This document shows positions 20,177 through 28,694 of a DNA stretch of 64,000 nucleotides, one piece after another (positions within the stretch are counted from its first letter, which is position 1; each line of letters starts with the position of its first letter). Where the stretch lies: NCBI GenBank assembly GCA_021323375.2, contig JAJPCT020000025.1, forward strand, positions 1 to 64,000, in the 5' to 3' direction. The notes beneath the pieces are model-generated. The model searched no databases, was not told the DNA's origin, and saw only the letters and a program-made list of their open reading frames with translations. A program made the translations under genes and the position numbers. The stretch is from Candidatus Wolframiiraptor gerlachensis (GTDB taxonomy: Archaea; Thermoproteota; Nitrososphaeria_A; Caldarchaeales; Wolframiiraptoraceae).

Positions 20177-20215
20177 ATCTGGGTTATTGAGCTTAGTCGA
20201 GGAGGTGTTTGAGGT

Positions 20216-23200
20216 ATGGGGCTAGCTGGCAGATATGATCCGCTCAGCGTCGAGGAGGAGATTGCGAGATGGTGGAGCGAGAATAGGATCCTCGAGAAGG
20301 TTTTCAGGAGGAATGAGGGTGGGCCTGTCTTCGCTTTTCTCGAGGGGCCACCGACTGTAAATGGCTACATGCATGTGGGCCATGCGCGTGGGCGGATATA
20401 CAAGGACATAGTTCTCAGGTTTTATGGGATGAATGGGCTCTATGTCTGGAGGAGGGGTGGATGGGACTGCCTCGGCCTCCCGACAGAACTCGAGACCGAG
20501 AAGAGACTCGGCATACGCTCGAAAAAGGATATTGAGAGAATCGGCATGGAGAGGTTTGTTGAGGAAGCGAACAGGCTTGTCGACTATTATATTGATCACT
20601 GGAGAAGGGCTTCGGAGAGGCTTGCGGTCTGGCTAGACTATGATAATGCTTACCAGACGAGACATGAAAGCTACATGGAGCATGTCTGGTGGCTCATAGA
20701 ACAGGCTCACAAGAAGGGCGACCTCATGGAGAGCTATAGGGTTGTCCCATTCTGCCCGAGATGCGAGACCCCGCTAAGCAGCCATGAAGTCGCGCAGGGA
20801 TACGAGGAGGTTGAGGACCCATCCATATACGTCAAGTTCAGGCTTCAGGGCTCGAGCAACCAGTATATCGTGATCTGGACGACCACGCCCTGGACTCTTG
20901 TCGCGAATGAAGCCGTTGCGGTCAACCCATACGAGGAGTATGTAAGGGTCAAGGTGGGGGATGAGTACTGGATACTCGCCTCTAAGCTCATGGCACTCGT
21001 CTTCGGAGCCCTAGACGTGATGGATTATGAGGTTGTTGAGAGGTTTAAGGGCTCGGCGCTAGCAGGCCTTAGATATGAGCATCCGCTGATCGAGGAGGTT
21101 CCAGCGCACAGGAGCCACGAGCCGCCAGCACATACGGTGATCGAGGCGGAGTTCGTTACCATGGAGGAGGGGACTGGATGCGTTCACATAGCGCCTGCCC
21201 ATGGCCCCGAGGACTTCGAGGTCGGAATGAGAATAGGCCTACCAATCTTCAATCCAGTAGCCTCAAATGGATACTTCACCGAGGATGGCGGCATATTCGC
21301 CGGCGGGTACTTCAAGGATGTCGCCGAGCGCGTTATGGAGATCTTGAAGAAGAAGGGCTTCCTCGTGAAGCGTGATGTGGTCAGGCATAATTATCCGCAT
21401 TGCTGGAGGTGTGGCTCGCCGCTCATCTATCTCTCGAGCAGGCAGTGGTTCCTGAGCGTTAAGCGGATTAAGGAGCTGATGATCGAGGGGAATAAGAGGG
21501 TGAATTGGAAGCCGAGGTGGGCCGGCGAGAGCAGATTCGGCGATTGGCTCGCGAACGCCGAGGACTGGTGCATTAGCAGGACGAAGATCTGGGGAACCCC
21601 GCTCCCGGTCTGGAGATGTGAAAAGTGTGGCGAGATAAAGGTTGTCTCGAGCAAGAAGCAGCTGGAGGAGGCCGAGATAAAGCCGGATGAGATCAAACTA
21701 TTCAGGCCATGGGTTGACAGGGTGATTTTCAGGTGCGGGAAATGCGGCGGCCTCATGAGGCGGGAGCCATTCGTCATGGATACGTGGCTCGACTCCGGCA
21801 TGGCTCATACAGCTAGCATAGATGGCCTGAGAAACAGGGAGCTCTTCAGAAAGCTTTTCCCATATGATTTCATAACCGAGGCGATAGATCAGACGCGCGG
21901 CTGGTTCTACACGCTCCTCTTCACGTCAACGCTACTCTATGGCCAGCCGCCGTATAAGACCGTCCTCAACCAAGGCCATGTCCTCGATGCTGAAGGCAGG
22001 AAGATGAGCAAGAGCAGGGGCAACGTTATCTGGGCTATGGATATTATGAGCAGATATGGTGCGGATCCGCTGAGATTCTACTTAGTCTCCAAGTCGGCTC
22101 CATGGGAGAACATGAACTTCGTGGAGGATGAGCTTAAACAGGTGATCCAAGATCTCAACATACTGTGGAACGTCTTCTCCTTCGCCCTGACATATTTCGA
22201 GCTGGACAAATACGATCCAGAGAGGGTTGGCGTGGAGTCCGTGAAGAGGTATCTTAGGGCAGAGGATAGGTGGATACTCTCGAAGGTGAATAGCCTATGC
22301 AGACAGGTGACGAGCCATCTCAAGTCCCTTGATATACACTCCGCGGCGAGAGCTCTCAAAGACTTCATACTCGAGGATCTAAGCAGGCTCTATGTCAGGT
22401 CGATCAGGAGGAGGGTTTGGGTTGAGGAAGAATCCTGGGATAAGATCGCGGTCTATGCGACCCTCTACTATGTCCTGAAGAAGCTCATCCTCATGCTCGC
22501 CCCAATAACCCCATATCTCGCCGAGAAGCTTTACCAGCATCTGAGGCTTAGAGATGATCCTGAGAGCGTTCATCTATGTGACTGGCCGAAGCCAGAAGAG
22601 GAGATGATTGACGAGGAGATTGAGGATTGCATGGAGATTGCTAGGATAACGATCTCCGAGGCGGTGGCGCTCAGGCAGAAGCATGGCAGGAAGCTCAGGT
22701 GGCCCGTGAAGACGGTGATCATAGCGCCGAGAAGCGCGAAGGCTAAGAAGGCCTTAGAGAGGCTCGTGAACTTTATCAAGCCCCAAGTCAACGCCATAGA
22801 CCTTAGGATACTTGAGGTCGGCGAGAGGCCGGAGGGCATCAAGATAATCTGTAAGCTAGTTTATGAGAGACTTGGGCCGAGGCTCGGCGGCCGGGTTAGG
22901 GAGGTCGCAGAAAGGCTATCGAGGATGAATGGCGAGCTTGTTAGATCGGAGATCGAGTCCAGCGGATCATTCAAGCTCATCCTGAGCGATGGCGCGCCGG
23001 TGGAGCTTACAGAGGAGGATTTATCCTTCGAGGAGGAGCTGCCTGACAACCTCGGGAAGATCGAGGGAAGATTCGCCGACATATACATCGACTTCTCCGA
23101 GACGAGGGATATAGTTGCGCAGTCGCTCGCAAGGGAGATTATTAGGAGGATCCAGGTGATGAGGAAGGAGCTTGATCTCATGATCTCTGACTACATCGAG

Positions 23201-23407
23201 GCGACGATAATCGCTGAGGATGAGGAGGACTTGGAGCTGCTCCAAGAGATGAAGGACTATATTATGGAGGAGGTGCGCGCTAAGAGAATCAGACTCACCC
23301 TAGGGAAGCCCGAGAAGCTTGAGGGCTATATGAAGGAGTGGATGATAGAGGGCAAGAGATATACGATTGCCATCTCGAGGATTCAGGAGGCAGAGGTATC
23401 AAGGTGA
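20216..23407 (+). CDS. ileS: isoleucine--tRNA ligase
   Basis: EGPPTVNG..HVGH, GWDCLGLP, WTTTPWTL, WCISR, KMSKS. Confidence 0.98.
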   Translation: MGLAGRYDPLSVEEEIARWWSENRILEKVFRRNEGGPVFAFLEGPPTVNGYMHVGHARGRIYKDIVLRFYGMNGLYVWRRGGWDCLGLPTELETEKRLGIRSKKDIERIGMERFVEEANRLVDYYIDHWRRASERLAVWLDYDNAYQTRHESYMEHVWWLIEQAHKKGDLMESYRVVPFCPRCETPLSSHEVAQGYEEVEDPSIYVKFRLQGSSNQYIVIWTTTPWTLVANEAVAVNPYEEYVRVKVGDEYWILASKLMALVFGALDVMDYEVVERFKGSALAGLRYEHPLIEEVPAHRSHEPPAHTVIEAEFVTMEEGTGCVHIAPAHGPEDFEVGMRIGLPIFNPVASNGYFTEDGGIFAGGYFKDVAERVMEILKKKGFLVKRDVVRHNYPHCWRCGSPLIYLSSRQWFLSVKRIKELMIEGNKRVNWKPRWAGESRFGDWLANAEDWCISRTKIWGTPLPVWRCEKCGEIKVVSSKKQLEEAEIKPDEIKLFRPWVDRVIFRCGKCGGLMRREPFVMDTWLDSGMAHTASIDGLRNRELFRKLFPYDFITEAIDQTRGWFYTLLFTSTLLYGQPPYKTVLNQGHVLDAEGRKMSKSRGNVIWAMDIMSRYGADPLRFYLVSKSAPWENMNFVEDELKQVIQDLNILWNVFSFALTYFELDKYDPERVGVESVKRYLRAEDRWILSKVNSLCRQVTSHLKSLDIHSAARALKDFILEDLSRLYVRSIRRRVWVEEESWDKIAVYATLYYVLKKLILMLAPITPYLAEKLYQHLRLRDDPESVHLCDWPKPEEEMIDEEIEDCMEIARITISEAVALRQKHGRKLRWPVKTVIIAPRSAKAKKALERLVNFIKPQVNAIDLRILEVGERPEGIKIICKLVYERLGPRLGGRVREVAERLSRMNGELVRSEIESSGSFKLILSDGAPVELTEEDLSFEEELPDNLGKIEGRFADIYIDFSETRDIVAQSLAREIIRRIQVMRKELDLMISDYIEATIIAEDEEDLELLQEMKDYIMEEVRAKRIRLTLGKPEKLEGYMKEWMIEGKRYTIAISRIQEAEVSR

Positions 23408-23411
23408 AACC

Positions 23412-24311
23412 TTGCCATCACTCATAAGCTATGTCAGAGACATATTCGGGAAGCTTGATGAAAACCATTTCAAGGTTCTAAGGGTGATAGAGCAGAACCT
23501 CGCGAGATACGAGATCGTCCCGAGGGAGGTGATATACAGCGAGACCGGGCTGGGCGAGAGGGCTGAGAAGCTCCTGAAAAAGCTAAACGAATACAAGCTC
23601 ATCTGGGCGCCGATGGGGTATGAGAAGGGATTCTGCATAAACTATTATGGCCTAGATATGCTTGCATTGAAAGCGCTTGTCGACAGGAATATCATCACGA
23701 GCCTTGGGAGGCCTCTCGGGGTCGGGAAGGAGGCCGATGTCTATGACGCCCTAGCCCCAGATGGTAAAAGACTTGTAGTTAAGTTCTTCAGGATAGGGAG
23801 GACTAGCTTCAGGAAATATGAGAGGCATAGGACGAGCCTAGTTACGGCTCCAAGCCATCTAGCCGCTTCCATAAAATCCGCTAGAATGGAGTATAGGGCC
23901 TTGAGAATGCTCCACCCGGCGGGGATCAAGGTCCCGAAGCCCGTCGCGAGGAATAGGCATGTGATCGTGACCGAGTTCTTTCAGGGGATAGAGCTCGCGA
24001 TAATCCAGAGCCTTAGCAGACCCATCGAGGTTCTAGGCGAGATCCTAAGAAATGCTGTGAGGGCGTGGGAGGTTGGCGTCGTCCACAGCGACCTAAGCGC
24101 ATATAACATATTGATCACGCCGGAGGAGGAGATACTGATAATAGACTGGCCTCAATGGGTTCCACCAAGCCACCCGATGGCCCGGGAATATCTTAGGAGG
24201 GATCTGTCAAACCTCATCAAGTTCTTCAGGAGAAAGTGGCGTATCGAAGAAATACCGGAAGAATACCTTGATCTGATCAGAAAGGTCCTCGAGGAAAGCT
24301 TTTTAATTTGA
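23412..24311 (+). CDS. rio2: RIO2-type serine/threonine kinase
   Basis: N-terminal wHTH, GVGKEADVY, VHSDLSAYNI, IIDWPQ. Start uncertain (TTG 23412 or 23367). Confidence 0.92.
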   Translation: MPSLISYVRDIFGKLDENHFKVLRVIEQNLARYEIVPREVIYSETGLGERAEKLLKKLNEYKLIWAPMGYEKGFCINYYGLDMLALKALVDRNIITSLGRPLGVGKEADVYDALAPDGKRLVVKFFRIGRTSFRKYERHRTSLVTAPSHLAASIKSARMEYRALRMLHPAGIKVPKPVARNRHVIVTEFFQGIELAIIQSLSRPIEVLGEILRNAVRAWEVGVVHSDLSAYNILITPEEEILIIDWPQWVPPSHPMAREYLRRDLSNLIKFFRRKWRIEEIPEEYLDLIRKVLEESFLI

Positions 24312-24344
24312 TGGAGCCGTCAATAGGGTGAAGGTGCCCCGGTA

Positions 24345-25019
24345 ATGGCATCAATGAAGACGGGAGCTATGATCAGCATCCTAGGAGCGCTGATCTCGCT
24401 CACACCAGTCATCTACTTCCTCACGCTTCCACTCGACTCGCCGACTAGGGGGATCCTCTCCCAGCAGATAATGGGATTACCCCTCATGTTATACTTCACG
24501 CTCGCGGGCGCTGTGGTAACCGCCACAGGCCTCTTCATATTCATGAAGGCTGCGAGAGCTCCGCCGGAGATTGCCTATCCATCCACGCTCCCGATCAGGA
24601 GCATGCCTAGGGTGCGGGCAACTCCCTCAACAGCGGTTCTAGCGCCGCCAGATGAACTCGTTACAGAGATAGAGCGCGAGATAGAGAAAATAGTTCAGCT
24701 CGAGGAGCCCAAAGCGGAAGTGGCGCCAGCTCCAGAAGAGGCCGCTGAAGAGAGGCCGACAATTGAGGTTCAGGTGGTTAATAGGGGACAGGACATGGTT
24801 TGCCCCCACTGTGGGGAGCTTAATCCACTGAAGTCAACTCGATGTGTCAAGTGTAAGAAGCCACTTTATGAGGTCGGAGAGGGCGAGCCGAGGTGCCCTG
24901 TTTGTGACGCACCGCTCCGCCTCTCACAAAGGATTTCTGAAGACCTGTTCACATGTGGGCTCTGCTTCTCCGAGCTTAGGATACCCATCGAGTTGAGGAA
25001 AGAGATAGGTCTTGAATGA
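24345..25019 (+). CDS. membrane protein with C-terminal zinc-ribbon motifs
   Basis: Two TM helices and four CxxC pairs. Confidence 0.7.
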   Translation: MASMKTGAMISILGALISLTPVIYFLTLPLDSPTRGILSQQIMGLPLMLYFTLAGAVVTATGLFIFMKAARAPPEIAYPSTLPIRSMPRVRATPSTAVLAPPDELVTEIEREIEKIVQLEEPKAEVAPAPEEAAEERPTIEVQVVNRGQDMVCPHCGELNPLKSTRCVKCKKPLYEVGEGEPRCPVCDAPLRLSQRISEDLFTCGLCFSELRIPIELRKEIGLE

Positions 25020-25123
25020 GAGCGCTGCTCGTATTTATCCTCGAGCACCATCTGAGAAAAGCTTAAAATCAGCGCGCTCCAGCTATCTATTGAAGAACAT
25101 TGACGCAGATACAGGGACATCAG

Positions 25124-25369
25124 ATGAACATGGGCAAGAGGCCGCTAGCAATGGTAATGAAGCACGTGGACAAGTTCGTCAGGATAAAGCTGAAGAACGA
25201 GCTTGTATATGAGGGGAGGATGGTCGAGTGTGACAGCTACATGAACATAGTGATAGAGAAGGCCGTGGAGTATGAAGGTAATGGAAGGAAGGCGCAGTAT
25301 CCGAAGGTCCTCATCAGGGGCAACAACATAATGTATATACAGTTGAATCCGCAGCTCTCTGAGGGCTAG
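25124..25369 (+). CDS. Sm-like (Lsm/SmAP) protein
   Basis: RIKLKN...YEGRMVECDSYMNIV and VLIRGNNI (Sm1 and Sm2 motifs). Confidence 0.92.
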   Translation: MNMGKRPLAMVMKHVDKFVRIKLKNELVYEGRMVECDSYMNIVIEKAVEYEGNGRKAQYPKVLIRGNNIMYIQLNPQLSEG

Positions 25370-25444
25370 CCAGCGGCCTTCACGGTGCGAGGTGAGGCTT
25401 CACTTAAATACTAATATTCTAGGATAGGTTCTCGTAGAGCCGAT

Positions 25445-26674
25445 ATGCAGAGATCCAAGATAGTTGTTGAGAGATTGAATAGGCTGCCGGTGAAGGATCA
25501 GTATGTTGAGCTTGTGGAGAGGAAGGGGTTGGGACATCCTGACTATATTATAGATGCGGCTTGCGAATGCGCCAGCGTAGCGCTCTCACGATATTATCTG
25601 GAGAACTTTGGCCAGATCCTTCATCATAACTTGGATAAGGGTCTTCTGGTTGGCGGCCACTCCGAGGTATGGTTTGGTGGAGGAGTAGTTGAGGAGCCTA
25701 TTGATATAATCATAGCTGGGAGAGCCACGACCAAGATCTCGACACCATCCGGGTATATCGAGGTTCCCTATAGGGAGCTTGTGGAGGAGGCGGTTAAACA
25801 TTTCATCAGGGAGAATTTCAGGTTCTTGGATCCCGAGGAGCATATCAGGATCGATGTTAAGGTGAGGATGGGTAGCGCGGATCTAAGGAGGACTGTGGAT
25901 AGCTCGGATGAGGTTCCAAGGGCTAATGACACGTCCTATGGCGTCGGTTATGCTCCCCTGACGCCGCTTGAAAGACTCGTTTACGAGGTTGAGAGGAGGA
26001 TAAACTCGCGGGGATTTAAGGGCAGAGTTCCGGAGAGCGGTGAGGATTGCAAGGTTATGGGGCTGAGAGTCGGTAAGAGGTATTTGATCACTGTTGCCGA
26101 TAGCATTCTAGCGCCCCTCACGCCGGATCCGGGGCACTATGAGGCTGTGAAGGAGGAGATACGTGAGGAGGTTCTAAGGATAGCTGACGAGATTTTGAGG
26201 GAGGAGAGGCATGAGGGCGTGGAGGTTTACGTGAACGCTGCTGACAGGCCGGATGAGGGGATATTCTATCTCACGGTTACCGGGACATCGGCTGAGAGTG
26301 GCGATGACGGGAATACGGGAAGAGGTAATAGGGCGAATGGCCTCATAACGCCCAATAGGCAGATGTCTCTCGAGGCGACAGCCGGCAAGAATGTTAGATC
26401 CCATGTTGGGAAGCTCTATAACCTGGTCGCGAGGAGGATTGCCGAGAGGATATACGAGGAGACGGGCAAGGTTGATGAAGTCTATGTTAGGATACTCAGC
26501 CAGATAGGCAGGCCCATAAACAGGCCGCTCGTGATCTCGATACAATACACATCGCTCGAGAACATAGATGAAAGGTCATTCGCCTATGAGGCTGCTGAGA
26601 TAGCCAAGGAGCAGATGAAGGAGATCAGGGAGATGGAGAAGCTCGTATTAGAGCAGAAGGTGATGTTATTTTGA
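25445..26674 (+). CDS. mat: archaeal S-adenosylmethionine synthetase
   Basis: [51 protein letters not shown]. Confidence 0.96.
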   Translation: MQRSKIVVERLNRLPVKDQYVELVERKGLGHPDYIIDAACECASVALSRYYLENFGQILHHNLDKGLLVGGHSEVWFGGGVVEEPIDIIIAGRATTKISTPSGYIEVPYRELVEEAVKHFIRENFRFLDPEEHIRIDVKVRMGSADLRRTVDSSDEVPRANDTSYGVGYAPLTPLERLVYEVERRINSRGFKGRVPESGEDCKVMGLRVGKRYLITVADSILAPLTPDPGHYEAVKEEIREEVLRIADEILREERHEGVEVYVNAADRPDEGIFYLTVTGTSAESGDDGNTGRGNRANGLITPNRQMSLEATAGKNVRSHVGKLYNLVARRIAERIYEETGKVDEVYVRILSQIGRPINRPLVISIQYTSLENIDERSFAYEAAEIAKEQMKEIREMEKLVLEQKVMLF

Positions 26675-26679
26675 GATTA

Positions 26680-27120
26680 GCATCCACACTCGCCATGAGG
26701 AATGAGGATCACATACATGGGCCTAAACCCCTCAGATGACTCATACGCGATATCTGAGAACTTTCCCTGCCCGAATACTGATCCTCATTCTCTCCTCATC
26801 CTCGATAACCTCCCATCTCCTCCTAGTGTCATTCATAAACAATATCATGTCATGCGATCCTCTCCCGCGTGCCCAAACCTAACACACGCCCAAAATCCAT
26901 CATCCTCCTGAACTCCTCGATGACCCTCTCATCCATCCACTTCCAGAACCGTTTTCTACACTCCTCGCATATCACCTGAATAATCCCCCATCTACTATAA
27001 TCGCATAGCCCTTAGCCCTCTCCTCAAGCTCCTTCTTTGTAAGTGTTATGAGTCCCCTGCATAGGTTGCATACGACCTCATGCTTCTCGATATGCGGAAC
27101 CTTCTTGATCCTATCTTACT
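26680..27120 (-). pseudogene. decayed small ORFs of virus/plasmid type, including a CxxC...CxxC zinc-finger fragment
   Basis: Purine-rich minus strand reads KKVPHIEKHEVVCNLCRGLITL...GYAII then (frame change) QVICEECRKRFW, with stops. Confidence 0.4.
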
Positions 27121-27145
27121 TATCAGTTAGGTGGGCTTAAAATTC

Positions 27146-27158
27146 CTCAGGGGTGAGC
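27146..27158. promoter_or_regulatory. putative self-target site of the dual-guide hairpin (CTCAGGGGTGAGC), next to TATA-like CTTAAAAT 27136-27143
   Basis: CTCAGG is identical to guide arm 2. GTGAGC pairs with GCUUGC of arm 1 with two G-U/T wobbles. Confidence 0.5.
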
Positions 27159-27200
27159 CTCCATTTTCGGGATGGCCCTCAATGAATAAAGGAGGGGCGC

Positions 27201-27513
27201 ATGTCAGGGATATGTGGGGATGTGGTTGCCTGGAGTCCAAGGATTGTATGGGGGGTTTGTGGGCTGCTTTAAGGGAGTGGAGTTGCTGGACGACCTCACC
27301 AAGATATTTGATTACACGAATGAGACGTTAATGATTGTAGAGGGTTATGGGGGTGGGCTTCATCCGGTTCTGGTGAGGACATTAGTCCTCGAGAGTCTTG
27401 AGAGGATAAATGATTTCGCTGGGGCTTATGCCGGGTATATCGGGGAATCCATGATGAGGGTGCTATGTGACGAGCTTAAAGGCCTGCTGGAGGTGGTTGA
27501 GGACTGCGAGTAG
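27201..27513 (+). CDS. small helical hypothetical protein (ORF1 of the element), probably one frameshift in G6 run 27250-27255
   Basis: SD GGAGG 27191-27195 before ATG 27201. Removing one G joins it to the 27214..27513 frame, whose end overlaps the next gene. Confidence 0.5.
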
Positions 27514-28389
27514 GGTTGTTTTTGTTGATACTTCTAGGATTGGTAGGGGTGGTAGGAGAAGGGGGAAGCCGCATGTATGCTATGATGGTGAGAGGATATT
27601 TAAGGTGAGTGGGCTGACAGGGCTCAAGGATTACGACGAGATATTCATCGACACGTTATTCCCGGAGATCTATGATGAGGTTCTTGAATTGTTGAGGAGG
27701 GTGTTAGGGTGTATCTGCTGAAGGACATCACTAAGCTGAAGAAGCTGAGGATAGAAAGTAATTTGAGGAAGAGTGATGAGAATGATGCTGGATTGCTTGC
27801 ATGTATTCCAAGAGAGGCATTTAGGCAGCTGACTGCTGAGGAGCTGGAGATTAAGGCTCGGATAGAACCGTTGATAAGGCACTATGAGAAGATTGTAAGG
27901 TGGAGAATGACACTAAAGAAGTTGATAAAAGATGGCTTTGACTACAATCTTAAGGAAACAATAAGGTTCATGAAGATAGATGAAAAAAGAATTTCTGAGG
28001 AGATTATTAGACAGGTCGCCAACCTCTTCATATATGGGAAGGTTTACAGAAAAACCTGTGAGATCCTCGGGGTTAAGGGTAGCACCAGATTGGCAATACT
28101 AACACTAGAGCCACCGCTTCACCTACCATTAGTGAGGTTAAAAGGATTACTAGGACTGATTCCGGGCCAAAATGAGGAAAGATACTACCATAAACTGAGA
28201 AAATCTCTCGCACAGTGTGCAACAAACCTTTACATAAACACTAAGAGAGGTGTGAGTGTTTCGAATGAAGTTGCTGAAGTTGTTAATCTCTTGCCAGAGA
28301 GGCAAGCAATATACAGGTTACAGTTAATTATTCTAAAGGCGCTATGGATAGCATATCTTATGACTGTGAAGCCGCTGGCCGGCGAGTAG
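27497..28389 (+). pseudogene. IS110-transposase/TasR-like protein (RuvC-like DEDD, helical region, Nop-like domain), ~297 aa, single frameshift near 27699-27701
   Basis: VVFVD, IFID and RKSDENDA (cf. IS110 KTD..DA), EILGVKG (cf. SIPGIG), LLGLIP..RYYHKLRKSL (cf. AGLxP...LRxAL). One extra G restores RRGVRVYLL. Confidence 0.7.
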
Positions 28390-28514
28390 TAAAAACCATA
28401 AAGGCCGGTAAGGTTGTAGCTTGCACCCCACCACGGAGGATTTTTATGATTCCGTGGATGGTTATACTCAGGTCCCCTGCCGGCTTTTATGGCTACGAGG
28501 ACTCGCCGGCCAGC
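28374..28514 (+). ncRNA. putative guide RNA (bridge/seek/tigRNA-like) long hairpin with symmetric internal loop
   Basis: Perfect 14-bp stem 28374-28387/28501-28514, 15-bp stem 28396-28410/28478-28492, 8-bp apical stem 28431-28438/28450-28457, and two 18-nt arms GGTTRTA-N7-CCCC. Strand assumed from the upstream gene. Confidence 0.7.
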
Positions 28515-28694
28515 CCCACCCTAACCCCTTACCTTTTTATTTCAAATTTAGGCCGGGAAAGGGGATAGGAGAATGGATCTAAGCCTTACTTTATTATTGA
28601 GCCCTTATTTGAAGTCCTTAAGATTATTGCTCATGAGATATGGGAATTTTATGTCGCCAGGAGACTGTTTTAGGAGGGATCTTCTGATGCTCTT

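Larger units (their letters stand above)
27126..28525 (+). mobile_element. IS110/Tas-related element: ORF1, RuvC-Nop ORF and downstream guide-like hairpin
   Basis: Imperfect inverted ends GTTAGGTGGGCT (27126-27137) and AGCCCCACCCTAAC (28512-28525), AT-richer coding sequence than the flanks, IS110-like motifs. Confidence 0.6.

Noticed and set aside
28344-28568. 74-aa ORF across the hairpin
   Set aside because: It overlaps the structured RNA and the upstream gene and has no protein-like features.
28374-28694. Multi-unit TIGR array or CRISPR array after the RuvC-Nop gene
   Set aside because: Only one dual-arm unit is visible, with no tandem 36-nt or CRISPR-type repeats here or elsewhere in the window.
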